A DNA stretch of 64,000 nt from positions 625 to 64,624 of the forward strand of contig JAHJQL010000075.1 of the NCBI GenBank assembly GCA_018819065.1, written 5' to 3'. Below, one piece after another: positions 35,641 through 46,311 of the stretch (its first letter is position 1; each line of letters starts with the position of its first letter). Under the pieces are notes generated by a model. It made no database searches, was not told where the DNA came from, and saw nothing but the letters and a program-made list of their open reading frames with translations. This stretch comes from Nanobdellota archaeon. GTDB taxonomy: Archaea > Nanobdellota > Nanobdellia > Woesearchaeales > GCA-2686295. A program made the translations under genes and the position numbers.

Positions 35641-36402
35641 CTAAATAGGAAGTTTTGGCAGGTTCTTTAATAATTGTTGTGTGAAGTTTGCATTGTCTAC
35701 TTCATCAAATGAAATTATGTATTTGTAAACTCCTGATTTTATCTGTGAGACTTCAATTAAACTCTCTCTTTTAATAATTCCACTAAAAGAGTGGTTTTCA
35801 CCTCTTATTTTTCTCATAAGTTGGTTTTGCGCATCAAAAGAACTTTTGCTTCTGGCTGTGCTGAAATCGTTTGAGTTCACTTCTCCAACCACATATATTT
35901 TTCCTTTATACTCAAAAACACCATACTCTTTTATTTTGCTGTTTAAATCACTCCTTACATCGCGCCACAACTCTAAAAGTTCTTTTCTTAATTCGCTATC
36001 ACCAACATATTCAGCGACTCTCATATATAATTCTAGTAATCTTTCTGCATCTTCATAATTATGCTTATCCAAGTCATCTTTCACTTCTTTATCAATGTCT
36101 TTCATAATAATCCTAAATCTGTTTATGGCATCTTCTTGTGTCATTTGTTCAGTTTTTGTAGCTTCAATAAATTTTTTAACGTCAGGATATATGTCTTTAG
36201 TTCCAGCTTTAATATTTCCAGAAAGGGCTAATACTACTAGCAAACCCATTAGAAACTTTTTTCCTCCACGCACAAGTCTATCTTTAAATTTAGTTATTAA
36301 TCTTCCATGAGACAGCAGTCCACCTTCAGATTCGTGTTTTACTACTTTGAAATCTTTAGAAATCTTTTTTTCTTTAGTAATTTCCTCTTTGGCGAGATTC
36401 AT
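35641..36402 (-). CDS. Hypothetical membrane-anchored protein
   Basis: 253-aa ORF with one TM segment (FLMGLLVVLALSG). No motif recognised. Confidence 0.5.
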   Translation of the reverse strand: MNLAKEEITKEKKISKDFKVVKHESEGGLLSHGRLITKFKDRLVRGGKKFLMGLLVVLALSGNIKAGTKDIYPDVKKFIEATKTEQMTQEDAINRFRIIMKDIDKEVKDDLDKHNYEDAERLLELYMRVAEYVGDSELRKELLELWRDVRSDLNSKIKEYGVFEYKGKIYVVGEVNSNDFSTARSKSSFDAQNQLMRKIRGENHSFSGIIKRESLIEVSQIKSGVYKYIISFDEVDNANFTQQLLKNLPKLPI

Positions 36403-36502
36403 AGTTTATCACCTATTACTGTGTTCATATTTTTATTAGTTTATAAATTTTTTTTTATCTCTTAGTTAATTTTATAAATGGTGGTCTTTTACTTCTCTAA
36501 GC

Positions 36503-36643
36503 AGCGGGGTAGGGCAGTCAGGAACGACAAGACTAATTGTTGCTGTAAGTGCCCGTCGGGCTCATATCAAAACTTCGTTTTGGACCTCCAAAACAAGTTT
36601 GTAGGTAACCCGAAGGTCGATGGTTCAAATCCATCCCCCGCTA
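36503..36643 (+). tRNA. Initiator tRNA-Met(CAT) with two introns (D-loop about 25 nt; canonical 37/38, about 41 nt)
   Basis: AGCGGGG-TA-GGGC-AGTCAGGAAC[..]-GCCC-G-TCGGG-CTCATA [36567..36607] A-CCCGA-AGGTC-GATGG-TTCAAAT-CCATC-CCCCGCT-A. The A1:U72 pair and the three G:C pairs closing the anticodon stem are archaeal initiator hallmarks. 35 nt between the D-stem strands implies an insertion. Confidence 0.85.
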
Positions 36644-36852
36644 TCCTTTACAAAAGGATAGGACCCAAAGTGTGCGACATTTCGCTTCGCTTCAGTCCCA
36701 CGAAATTCTTGAAAATATTGATGTTCAGAGATTCCTGTTAAGACTTTGCTATTTCTTTTATGATTGTTGTTTTTTAAATTCGGAATGTTTGTAAATCTTC
36801 CGGAAAATCTTTGTAAACACTTATTAAGAACATTCACTCAACATCTTTTATC

Positions 36853-37335
36853 ATGATAAAAGACCTTAAAAAAGATGTCTCCAGAAGAGCAGTTGTTTTT
36901 GAAGAACTGGCAAGGATGCTTATTAGAAAAGAGGAGAATAATAATTTTATTTTTTCAACCAGGAGCTTTGATTCATTCAACGATTTATGTTCAAGATATA
37001 AGTTAGATATATCTTTGTTAGATATAGAATTAATTGATTTTTTGATGAACCACCTTCATTCTGTCGATCTCGTAGGTTTTTATCTTAAAGACAACGATTC
37101 TAGGCTGATAGAATCTGTGAAGATGTTTGAAGTCAAAACAAAAAACCACACAAATAAGTCAGGGTTTGACTTGTGCTTTTCATCATACGACGCTTACGCG
37201 TTTTTGAAGAGAAAAGGTGTTGATGTTAAACTCTTATCATTTGTTTTGTTTGATGACTGGCACTATTCGTTCAACATCTACGACATTAACTTAGAGAGCT
37301 TCAAAAAATACAGCCGATACAAGTCAACTGATTAA
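36853..37335 (+). CDS. PD-(D/E)XK-fold nuclease-like protein (hypothetical)
   Basis: E...D...ExK arrangement: VFEELARML, SVDLVGFY, MFEVKTKNH. Confidence 0.5.
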   Translation: MIKDLKKDVSRRAVVFEELARMLIRKEENNNFIFSTRSFDSFNDLCSRYKLDISLLDIELIDFLMNHLHSVDLVGFYLKDNDSRLIESVKMFEVKTKNHTNKSGFDLCFSSYDAYAFLKRKGVDVKLLSFVLFDDWHYSFNIYDINLESFKKYSRYKSTD

Positions 37336-37790
37336 ATATCCTCTTTTAGCGTCGTTGTAGCCACCATTGTTATTGTTTTCTTGACGCCTGTCTTTTTTCT
37401 AAAGTTTAAAATGTACTTGTTAAAGTCTTCTATGTCTTTGAATTTGAGCTTGAATAATAGGTCGTATTCTCCTGTTATGCCAAAAACTTCTTTTATATGA
37501 TTGTCTTTGAAAATTGCTGCTTCAAGGTCTTGCTCTGTTGACACAAACATGAACACTATGAAATTTTCTCCTGAGAGTTTGTTGTTTACTTTTATTGTAA
37601 ATTTTTCTATTAAGCCTGATTCTTTTAGTTTTGTTATTCTTTGATGAACTGTGCTTGGTCTAATGTTTGTCGCTTTAGCAATGTCTCTAATGCTATCTCT
37701 GCTGTTTCTCTTTAGTTGTTCAATTATCTTGATATCTTTTGCATCCATTTTTTTTTTGAAAATTGGCTCTCTGTAGAGAATCAAAGGCAT
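37332..37790 (-). CDS. Lrp/AsnC-family transcriptional regulator
   Basis: DAKDIKIIEQLKRNSRDSIRDIAKATNIRPSTVHQRITKLKESGLIEKF plus a C-terminal RAM-like domain. Confidence 0.85.
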   Translation of the reverse strand: MPLILYREPIFKKKMDAKDIKIIEQLKRNSRDSIRDIAKATNIRPSTVHQRITKLKESGLIEKFTIKVNNKLSGENFIVFMFVSTEQDLEAAIFKDNHIKEVFGITGEYDLLFKLKFKDIEDFNKYILNFRKKTGVKKTITMVATTTLKEDI

Positions 37791-37972
37791 TGAATTCTTT
37801 GGGGGATTTCAATCATGATCCAGAGAGCCAATTATCATTCACAATTTCATTAGTTTGTCTATTATTTATTTAAATATTTCTATTTCTGTCCAATAAAAAT
37901 ATTGAAAGTTGGACAAACAACTCTATTTATTCATAAAAATATATAAATAATCTATAACTGCTTATTAGAAAG

Positions 37973-39394
37973 GTGATAATTATGGATGAACCGCAAAACT
38001 ACAAAGTTGCAGATATTTCTCTTGCAGAATTTGGAAGAAAAGAATTAGATATGGCAGAAAAAGAGATGCCGGGATTAATGGCTCTAAGAGAAAAGTATGG
38101 TGCTAAAAAACCATTGAAAGGCGCTAAAATAACAGGAAGCTTACATATGACAGTGCAAACAGCAGTTCTAATCGAAACATTAGTTGAACTAGGAGCAAAT
38201 GTTCGGTGGGCTAGTTGTAATATATATTCAACACAAGACCACGCAGCAGCAGCGATTGCAAAGAAAGGAATACCTGTCTTTGCTTGGAAAGGAGAAACAC
38301 TAAAAGATTACTGGTGGTGTACAGAAAAAGCTCTTGACTTTGGAGATGGAGCAGGTCCAGATTTAATTGTTGATGATGGTGGAGATGCAACGATGATAGT
38401 ACATAAAGGTGTTGAAGTAGAGAAAAATCCTGCGTTGCTAGAAAAAGATTATTCATCAGAATCAGAAGAAGTTCAAGAACTCATGAGCCTTCTAAAAAAA
38501 GTTTACAAACAAAAACCCACTAGATGGACGCAAGTGGCTAAAAAAATAAAAGGTGTAAGCGAAGAAACAACAACAGGTGTTCACAGATTATATCAAATGC
38601 TAGAGAAAAAAGAACTACTATTTCCAGCCATAAACGTTAATGACTCTGTCACAAAAAGCAAGTTTGATAATTTGTATGGATGCAGGGAAAGCTTAGCGGA
38701 TGGAATAAAACGAGGAACAGACATAATGATTGCTGGAAAAAGAGTTTTAGTCTGCGGATATGGAGATGTGGGAAAGGGATGTGCACAAAGTATGAAAGGA
38801 TTTGGAGCAAATGTAACAGTAACAGAAATTGATCCTATATGCGCATTGCAAGCAGCAATGGAAGGATACGAAGTGAAGAGAACAGAAGACGTCGTTGAAA
38901 ACATAGATATATTTGTGACTGCGACAGGAAATAAGGATATAATAACAATAGAGCACATGGAAAAAATGAAAGATGGTGCAATAGTCTGTAACATTGGACA
39001 CTTTGACAACGAGATACAAGTTTCAAAACTGGAAAAGTATCCTGGAATAAAAGAACTAAACATAAAACCACAAGTAGACAAATTCATTTTTCCAGATGGA
39101 CACTCAATCATACTCTTATCAAGAGGTAGACTCGTGAATCTTGGAAATGCAACAGGACACCCAAGTTTTGTCATGAGTAATTCATTTACAAACCAAGTGT
39201 TAGCCCAGATGGAGCTTTGGAATAAAAACCATGAACTTGGCGTCTACATGTTACCAAAAGAACTTGACGAAGAAGTAGCAAGACTACACCTTAAAAAATT
39301 AGGAATTCGCCTGACAAAATTAACCAAGGAACAAGCAGAGTACATAAGCGTTAAAGCAGAAGGTCCATACAAGCCAGACTATTATAGATATTAA
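37973..39394 (+). CDS. ahcY: Adenosylhomocysteinase
   Basis: [27 protein letters not shown], the NAD-binding [10 protein letters not shown], and the C-terminal YRY. The probable true start is ATG 37982. Confidence 0.9.
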   Translation: MIIMDEPQNYKVADISLAEFGRKELDMAEKEMPGLMALREKYGAKKPLKGAKITGSLHMTVQTAVLIETLVELGANVRWASCNIYSTQDHAAAAIAKKGIPVFAWKGETLKDYWWCTEKALDFGDGAGPDLIVDDGGDATMIVHKGVEVEKNPALLEKDYSSESEEVQELMSLLKKVYKQKPTRWTQVAKKIKGVSEETTTGVHRLYQMLEKKELLFPAINVNDSVTKSKFDNLYGCRESLADGIKRGTDIMIAGKRVLVCGYGDVGKGCAQSMKGFGANVTVTEIDPICALQAAMEGYEVKRTEDVVENIDIFVTATGNKDIITIEHMEKMKDGAIVCNIGHFDNEIQVSKLEKYPGIKELNIKPQVDKFIFPDGHSIILLSRGRLVNLGNATGHPSFVMSNSFTNQVLAQMELWNKNHELGVYMLPKELDEEVARLHLKKLGIRLTKLTKEQAEYISVKAEGPYKPDYYRY

Positions 39395-39451
39395 CATTTT
39401 TTTTCTTTTTTTCAAAAAAATTTTTAAACTTCCTTCATTATTCTTTATTAT

Positions 39452-40108
39452 ATGTACATTGCGGGGGTAGATGAGGCAGGTAGAGGGCCGGTTTTGGGAC
39501 CTATGGTTATGGCTATTGCTTCTATAAAAAAAGAGGATGAGTTTAAGCTTAGGGCGATTGGTGTGAAGGATTCAAAGCTTCTAACACCACATAGACGCTA
39601 TGAGCTCTTCAATGTGATAAAAGACCTCTGTGAGACTAATGTTGTAATAGTTTCTCCTCAAGAGATAGATGAAGCACTAACAACACCAACAGACAATCTT
39701 AACTGGCTTGAGGCAAGAACAGCTGCAAAGCTAATAGACAAAATCTCTGCTAAGAAAGTAATCCTTGACTGTCCAAGCACCAACTTAGAAGGATATAAGA
39801 ACTACATAAAAAAACACTTGAAGAATAAAAAGATAGAAATCGTTGTGGAACATAAGGCAGACCTAAACCACTTAATAGTCTCTGCAGCAAGCATAATAGC
39901 AAAAGTCGTTAGAGATGAAGAGATAGAAAAAATAAGGGTTAAGACTGGAAAAGAAATCGGTTCAGGCTACTCATCAGACCCAACAACCCAAAAATTCATA
40001 GATGAAAACTGGAGTAAGAAAGAATACTCAAAATTTATCCGAAAATCATGGGATACTTGGCAGAGGAGACACCACCAAAACGCACAGAAAAAACTAGGCG
40101 AATTCTAA
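39452..40108 (+). CDS. rnhB: Ribonuclease HII
   Basis: IAGVDEAGRGPVLGPMV catalytic N-terminus, DSKLLT, and SAASIIAKV. Confidence 0.9.
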   Translation: MYIAGVDEAGRGPVLGPMVMAIASIKKEDEFKLRAIGVKDSKLLTPHRRYELFNVIKDLCETNVVIVSPQEIDEALTTPTDNLNWLEARTAAKLIDKISAKKVILDCPSTNLEGYKNYIKKHLKNKKIEIVVEHKADLNHLIVSAASIIAKVVRDEEIEKIRVKTGKEIGSGYSSDPTTQKFIDENWSKKEYSKFIRKSWDTWQRRHHQNAQKKLGEF

Positions 40109-40912
40109 ATGAGAATTGAAGACTTAAAAAAACTTGAAAGCAAGAGATTTTATTTTGTAGAAAAAAAGTCTGAGTATGAACTTGCAAGGATGAAAGGACC
40201 ATGCACAGTAGTTCTTTACACAACCGGTAAAGTAATTTTTCAAGGAAAAGAAGATGTGATATCTGATATAAAATCAGAGCTTGGACTAGAAACAAAAAGA
40301 GAACCACAAAACCAAGCAGCGTTGTATGGAATAATTGTTGGCAGCGATGAAACACTCAAAGGAGACACTTTTGGAGGCTTGGTTGTGGCTGGCTTTAGAG
40401 CTGATGAGGAAGACAGGGATGAATTAAAAAAACTTGGTGTTAGAGATTCAAAAACAATTGATGACTCTGTAATATTATCCTTAGCTCGAAAGATTAGAGA
40501 CTCGTTTCAAAACAGTTATTATGTAATTGAGCTAGAGCCTTTAGAATACAATAAAGAACTTGTGATGAATAACATAACCGAATTGCTAAACAGACTACAT
40601 AAAAAAATTAATGAGAAACTAAAGATAGGAAACTCTTTGCACATAGTTGACAAATACCCTGGTTGCGGAGTTGGAGATGTTTGTGAAGAGAAAGCAGAAT
40701 CAAAACACTTAGAAGTCGCTGCTGCATCAATAATTGCCAGGGAACACGCGATAAAACAAATAAACAGGCTGAGTGAAAAAGCAGGCTTTGCAATCCCAAA
40801 AGGCAGCACACATGTGCGCGAAGCATTACAGGCACTTAAGAAGAAAAACCTAAAGCCAGAAGAATTTGTAAAGATGGACTTTAGCAATGTTAAAAAATAT
40901 TTGGTCAATTAA
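40109..40912 (+). CDS. Ribonuclease HIII-like (type 2 RNase H with N-terminal TBP-like domain)
   Basis: Its start abuts the rnhB stop (taaatg). The N-terminal domain ends in YTTGKVIFQG, followed by GSDETLKGDTFGGLVVAG, RDSKTI and EVAAASIIAR. Confidence 0.75.
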   Translation: MRIEDLKKLESKRFYFVEKKSEYELARMKGPCTVVLYTTGKVIFQGKEDVISDIKSELGLETKREPQNQAALYGIIVGSDETLKGDTFGGLVVAGFRADEEDRDELKKLGVRDSKTIDDSVILSLARKIRDSFQNSYYVIELEPLEYNKELVMNNITELLNRLHKKINEKLKIGNSLHIVDKYPGCGVGDVCEEKAESKHLEVAAASIIAREHAIKQINRLSEKAGFAIPKGSTHVREALQALKKKNLKPEEFVKMDFSNVKKYLVN

Positions 40913-40963
40913 CAACAATCTTTATTAAGAACTTTTTTTTACTAAGAAAGATAGTGATTATTC

Positions 40964-42403
40964 ATGAATGGAAAAATAAAGGTTGCACTAACTTTTGACG
41001 ATGTTCTTTTAGTGCCTAAAAAAACAGAAGTAGCCTCAAGAAGAGAAATAACTCTTTCTACAAACCTAACAAGAAACATAAAGTTAAACATCCCATTGGT
41101 AAGCGCCAACATGGACACGGTTACAGAGTCAGAAATGGCAATCGCACTCGCACGAGAAGGAGGTATTGGAATAATACACCGATTTATGAGTGTAGAAGAC
41201 CAAGTGTTAGAAGTTAGAAAAGTCAAAAGGTCAGAGAGTTTCATCGTTGAAGACCCATACACGCTAACCAAAGACAAAACTGTTGGGTTTGCCAGAGAAT
41301 TTATGAAGCAGAAAAGCGTTGGTGGTTTGCTAATAGTTGATGTAAATAATAAATTAGAAGGCATACTCTCAAGAAGAGATATATTGTTTGCAGATGATGA
41401 ACTATTAGTAAGCCAAGTCATGACCAAGAACAGTCACATCATATCTGTACAAAAAAAGATAAGTTTTGAAGAAGCAAGGAAAATACTCCACGAACACCGA
41501 ATAGAAAAACTACCAATAGTTAATAAAAACAATGAGGTGAAAGGCTTAATTACAAGTAAAGACTTGCGAAAATTTGAAAAGCACCCACTAGCATTAAAAG
41601 ATGATAAAGGACGGTTGATGGTTGGTGCAGCTGTTGGAGTGAAAACTGAAGACTTTGAAAGAGCAAATGAACTAGTAAAAGCAGGCACAGATGTCCTCGT
41701 ATTAGACATTGCTCACGGACACTCTAAACAAGCAATCAAAGTCATCAAGGAACTCAAGAAAAAATTTCCAAAAATAGATTTAATTGCTGGAAACGTCGCA
41801 ACAGCGCAAGGAACAAAAGACTTAATAGTCGCTGGTGCAGACGCTGTAAAGGTAGGAGTAGGACCTGGCTCTATATGTATAACAAGAATAGTTGCAGGGA
41901 CAGGCGTTCCACAACTATCAGCAATAATTAACTGTTCAAAAGAAGCAAAGAGATTAGGTGTGCCAATAATTGCAGATGGAGGAGTTAAGAATTCTGGTGA
42001 CTTGACAAAAGCTCTGGCTGCAGGCGCCTCATCAGTTATGTGCGGCAACTTATTTGCAGGAACAGACGAAGCACCAGGCATAACACAATTAAGAAACGGC
42101 ACGAAATACAAAGTCACAAGAGGAATGGCATCATTTGGCGCAACACTTGGAAGAACTGCTCGAGAAAATGGAACAATAAAAGACGATGACTTCTCAGATG
42201 TTGTTCCAGAAGGTGTTGAAGCAATGGTTCCATACAAAGGAAAAGCTCAAGACGTAATCAAACAATTAACTGGTGGCTTAAGATCAGGCATAAGCTACTG
42301 CGGAGCAAGAAACATAAAAGAGATGCAGAAGAACGCTGAATTTATACGAATAACAGCTGCAGGTGTTAGGGAAAGTAAGCCGCACGATGTTGAACTAGTG
42401 TAA
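40964..42403 (+). CDS. guaB: IMP dehydrogenase (with CBS pair)
   Basis: LTFDDVLLVP, the catalytic loop VGVGPGSICITR, and GGVKNSGD. Confidence 0.9.
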   Translation: MNGKIKVALTFDDVLLVPKKTEVASRREITLSTNLTRNIKLNIPLVSANMDTVTESEMAIALAREGGIGIIHRFMSVEDQVLEVRKVKRSESFIVEDPYTLTKDKTVGFAREFMKQKSVGGLLIVDVNNKLEGILSRRDILFADDELLVSQVMTKNSHIISVQKKISFEEARKILHEHRIEKLPIVNKNNEVKGLITSKDLRKFEKHPLALKDDKGRLMVGAAVGVKTEDFERANELVKAGTDVLVLDIAHGHSKQAIKVIKELKKKFPKIDLIAGNVATAQGTKDLIVAGADAVKVGVGPGSICITRIVAGTGVPQLSAIINCSKEAKRLGVPIIADGGVKNSGDLTKALAAGASSVMCGNLFAGTDEAPGITQLRNGTKYKVTRGMASFGATLGRTARENGTIKDDDFSDVVPEGVEAMVPYKGKAQDVIKQLTGGLRSGISYCGARNIKEMQKNAEFIRITAAGVRESKPHDVELV

Positions 42404-42480
42404 CTTCTTTATGAAATTGTGGATGGATTTTATTGTGTAAATAAAAATATTTATATAGATGTTTTATAAGTAATGGATGA

Positions 42481-43494
42481 GTGGTAGATATAAAAAAAGA
42501 TTTTGGTGATAGCTTTAATTTGTTGATGCATCATAAAAAAATCATAATTCCCATCTTATGCTCAATTGTTCTTCCATTAATATTAATTTTTTTGTTCTTA
42601 AATCTCTCCGGTCTGAATCCGCTATTAAAAGAGCTTGTTTCTGCTAGTGAAGAATTTGACCAGCAAAAAACTAATTACTTATTGAATAAGGAGAATATTG
42701 GTGGGGAAAACTATACTATAGAATTAGTTAATTATTTAGGTAAAGATTCGGAAAGCTCAACTTATAATGCAGAATTTGACAAATATCTTGAAGAAAAAGG
42801 TTATGATTGGAATAGATATGAACAATTATTAAATGTTAAAAATGTGCTGATGTTAATTATCTTCCTTTTAATCGGAATAATTGGCTCGTTTTATTTTTCT
42901 TGTATGTCTTATGCAATAATTGCTTTAACAATAAAAAACGAAGATATACATTTTGATAATTTGTTAAGAGTCACAAACAGATTTCTTTTGAAATTTTTAT
43001 CTTTGAGAATATTACTTGGTTTTATTATAATTGCACCCATAATAATTTTTGTTGGGATAATTGTATCCCTCTTTTTCCTTAATGCTATCTTAGGTGTTTT
43101 ATCTATATTCATATTTCTAATCTTATTCTTTGTCTACATAATAATAGTTGGTTTAAGATTGTTTTTTGCTGCACCTTCAATGTATATGGAAGAAGAAGGA
43201 GCTGTAAAATCTATTGAACACAGTTTTAATTTAACAAAAGGCCATTTAAAACAAGTTTTAATTATTTTCTTTATGATATATGGAATTACAATTTTTATGA
43301 ACAGTTTTATTGGCCAACCACTATATGACACTTATTCAAGTTTTTTATTTGGAGCTAATTTGATAAAAACTTCAATAAATCTAATTATAGTTTTATTATT
43401 AATTATTATAGAGTCATTCGTGTTAACTTTTGAACACATATTCTTTTTTTACTCATACATTGATTTTAAAGAAATAAGAGAAATAACAAAATAA
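42481..43494 (+). CDS. Polytopic membrane protein, unknown function
   Basis: 337 aa with several long hydrophobic helices. Confidence 0.55.
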   Translation: MVDIKKDFGDSFNLLMHHKKIIIPILCSIVLPLILIFLFLNLSGLNPLLKELVSASEEFDQQKTNYLLNKENIGGENYTIELVNYLGKDSESSTYNAEFDKYLEEKGYDWNRYEQLLNVKNVLMLIIFLLIGIIGSFYFSCMSYAIIALTIKNEDIHFDNLLRVTNRFLLKFLSLRILLGFIIIAPIIIFVGIIVSLFFLNAILGVLSIFIFLILFFVYIIIVGLRLFFAAPSMYMEEEGAVKSIEHSFNLTKGHLKQVLIIFFMIYGITIFMNSFIGQPLYDTYSSFLFGANLIKTSINLIIVLLLIIIESFVLTFEHIFFFYSYIDFKEIREITK

Positions 43495-43552
43495 TAGACC
43501 AAAATCTGGTAAATGACATAAAATTACAAAAAATAAATTTGGAGGTAGTAAA

Positions 43553-43954
43553 ATGGTGGATATGTCAAACCCTGAGTATAAAGGATTTTGGATAAGATTT
43601 GTGGCATCAATGTTGGATGGAATAATAATTGGTCTGCCTGCATTCTTATTGCAGATGGGACTAATTTTTGTAGTAGGAATGCCTTCATTGATATATTTAG
43701 TTTCATTAGCCTCTGTAATTCTAGTAATTTATCTAGATGGAATCAAAGGTGGAACGCCAGGTAAATTAATATTAGGTATAAGGATTGTTAATGAAAAAGG
43801 TGAATACATAGGAATTCCTATGGCGATATTAAGATATATTGGAAAAATCTTATCAGCAATAATATTAGGAATAGGATATTTGATGATAGCGTGGGATGGT
43901 AAAAAGCGAGGATTACATGATAAGATTGCTAAAACTTATGTTGTCAAAGCTTAA
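43553..43954 (+). CDS. RDD-family membrane protein
   Basis: FWIRFVASMLDGIIIG ... KRGLHDKIAKTYVV, giving the R-D-D residue pattern. Confidence 0.75.
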   Translation: MVDMSNPEYKGFWIRFVASMLDGIIIGLPAFLLQMGLIFVVGMPSLIYLVSLASVILVIYLDGIKGGTPGKLILGIRIVNEKGEYIGIPMAILRYIGKILSAIILGIGYLMIAWDGKKRGLHDKIAKTYVVKA

Positions 43955-44087
43955 TTTTTTTCTTTTTCTTCTTTATTCACCACCAACCCTGATGAAATAA
44001 ACAACTAGATGGAAACAAACAAGTGGTGAAATGGACAAAAAAACAAAATAGAAAACTTTATTATACTTTCAATTTATTAATTAGGGT

Positions 44088-45509
44088 GTGATGAACTTAT
44101 TAAAAAGCCCTTATGTGTTAGCAATTATCTCTGGAATTCTTTGTGTGCTTTCATTTCCACCTTATAATTTCTCATTTCTGATTTGGTTTGCATTAGTGCC
44201 TTTTTTATATGCTATTTTGAGTACACCACATGATAAGAAAAAGAGATTTGACATTTCTTACTATCAAGCTCCATTAATCGGTCTTGTTTTTGGCATGGTT
44301 TTTTACTTTGGAACACTTCATTAGATATACAATGTTTTTGGATTGTTTGGTTTGTTCTTAATTCTTATTTTGTGTATCTACCCCTACATATTTGCATATT
44401 GTCTAAGCTACGTTTATAATAAACTGAAATCATCGTGGATAATACTTTTATTTCCACCAATTTTATGGACTGCAATTGAATTCATAAAATCAGAAGGCTG
44501 GTGGCTAAAATTCTCATGGATGAATATTGGTTATAGTCAGCATAACTTTTTACCAGTGCTTCAATTTTCGAGTATTCTTGGACAGTATGGTCTTACAACA
44601 CTTATTCTATTAGTAAATTCATACATTGTTTATATTTATTTGAATAGAAAAAATATCAAACAACTCCTCATAGTTAGCGGTGTGTTATTAGTATTTTTTG
44701 TGTCAATACTGTCTTTTGGAACATACAAGTTAAATAAAGATTATTCTTCAAAAATAAAAGTTGCCCTCATCCAAGACGAATCTTCTGAATTTCAAAATTA
44801 TAAGAATTTGATAAATAAACTGCAAACAGATGTTGATTTTATTTTACTGCCAGAATATGCATTGCCCACATTTTTGGATGAAGATACTATTTTATTAGCT
44901 GAAATTCAAAATATAACTAATCACTATTCAGCACATTTAATTACGGGTAGCAAAGATAAGAATGACGATGGTGGTAAATTTGGATATTACAACACTGCAT
45001 ACTTGTTTGATCCATCAGGAGAAATATCTGGAAAATACTACAAAATGAATCCAATTCAATTTTTTAATGATGGTGATCCTGGCAAAGAATACTCTGTTTT
45101 TTCAACACAACACGGTAAAATCGGGATTTTTATATGTTACGACATGGACTATAGTTATGTGGCAAGAAACATAGTTAAGAACGGAGCAGAAATGTTGTTT
45201 ATTCCAACTTATGACGCTATGAGCTGGAGTGAATTACAGCATTTGCAACACTCAGCGATGACTTCTATGCGGGCTGTTGAAAATGGCAGATTTATAGCAA
45301 GAACGGCGACATCAGGCATCTCCCAAATAATTGATCCAAACGGCAGAATAACTAAAACAATACCAATAGGTGTAAGTGATATTACAGTTGGTACCATTAC
45401 ATCTATTAAAGAAAACACATTTTACACTAATTATGGATTCATACTTCCATATTTGACAATAATTTTTACATTAGCAACGTTGCTAGTTGCTTTTTTTAGA
45501 AAACCTTGA
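44088..45509 (+). pseudogene. Apolipoprotein N-acyltransferase (Lnt)-like gene interrupted by one in-frame TAG (44322-44324)
   Basis: ORFs 44088..44324 and 44343..45509 are in the same frame. The N-terminal part is multi-TM. The C-terminal part is a CN-hydrolase domain (LPEYA, ICYD, catalytic E/K/C pattern). The stop falls in ...FGTLH*IYNVF, where Lnt proteins usually carry W (TGG to TAG is a one-step change). Confidence 0.65.
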
Positions 45510-45678
45510 CGTCCCACTCTCTAATTGAGAATTAAACGACCAGTGTCTCTTTATGTTTGTTATTTACAGTTCACGATGTTTGTTTGATGGAAAACAGCCA
45601 GAAATTAGAATGACGACTTTTTGATGTATTTATATATATCTGTATTAGTTTTTTTGGAAGTTTGTTATATTTAGCATT

Positions 45679-46311
45679 TCACAAATATTCTCTTATCTCA
45701 TAAAGCGAATTTATGGTGTGTGGATTTTTTGTGCTGTTGTTTCTGTTTAGGTGAAGTCCGTTTATCCCTATTTCTTTTGGCATCTCAAAGTCTTTTTGCT
45801 TGTTATCACCTATCATTATAGTTTCTTCTGGCTTTAATCCGAGATTCTCAAGCGTTATCTTGTATATTTCTTTTTGTGGCTTCCAATAGCCAACATCGCA
45901 AGAAAAACACACATAATCAAAATACTTGTCAAGTCCAAACTTGTAAAGTGGATCTTTGTGAAATGTTGCAGCGTTTGAGATTAATGCTATTTTTACATTG
46001 TTATCTTTCAAGTATTCAAGTGTCTTTATAGTGTCATCGTATAACTCAATCATGTTTTTGTCTTTTTCAATTCTTTCTTCTAACTCTTGAAATTGTTTTT
46101 TGTTAACATTATTTTTTCCAAATGCTTGAGTTATATAGTTTACAATTTCTTCTGTGCTGTTTAGTGGAGTGGTCATAACTCCTCTTTTGACGTGTTTTCT
46201 GTGAAATTCATCTGAAAAACCATACATTTCCTTTATCAGTTTTATTGTGTGGTCGTCATAGGTTGGCTTGATTAGTGTGTTCCAAAGGTCAAAGATAACT
46301 GCTTTTATCAT
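45679..46311 (-). CDS. HAD-superfamily hydrolase
   Basis: Motif I IFDLWNTL (DxD-type variant), LISNA, and IGDNKQKD. Confidence 0.8.
   Translation of the reverse strand: MIKAVIFDLWNTLIKPTYDDHTIKLIKEMYGFSDEFHRKHVKRGVMTTPLNSTEEIVNYITQAFGKNNVNKKQFQELEERIEKDKNMIELYDDTIKTLEYLKDNNVKIALISNAATFHKDPLYKFGLDKYFDYVCFSCDVGYWKPQKEIYKITLENLGLKPEETIMIGDNKQKDFEMPKEIGINGLHLNRNNSTKNPHTINSLYEIREYL

Noticed and set aside
36478-36837. Track ORFs 36478..36741 and 36625..36837
   Set aside because: They overlap the initiator tRNA gene and its trailer hairpin and have no coding signal.
38211-42237. Long antisense ORFs within ahcY and guaB (38593..39174, 40942..41427, 41713..42237)
   Set aside because: They are fully nested opposite highly conserved enzyme genes. 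Their translations lack motifs and are Ser/Pro/Phe-rich.
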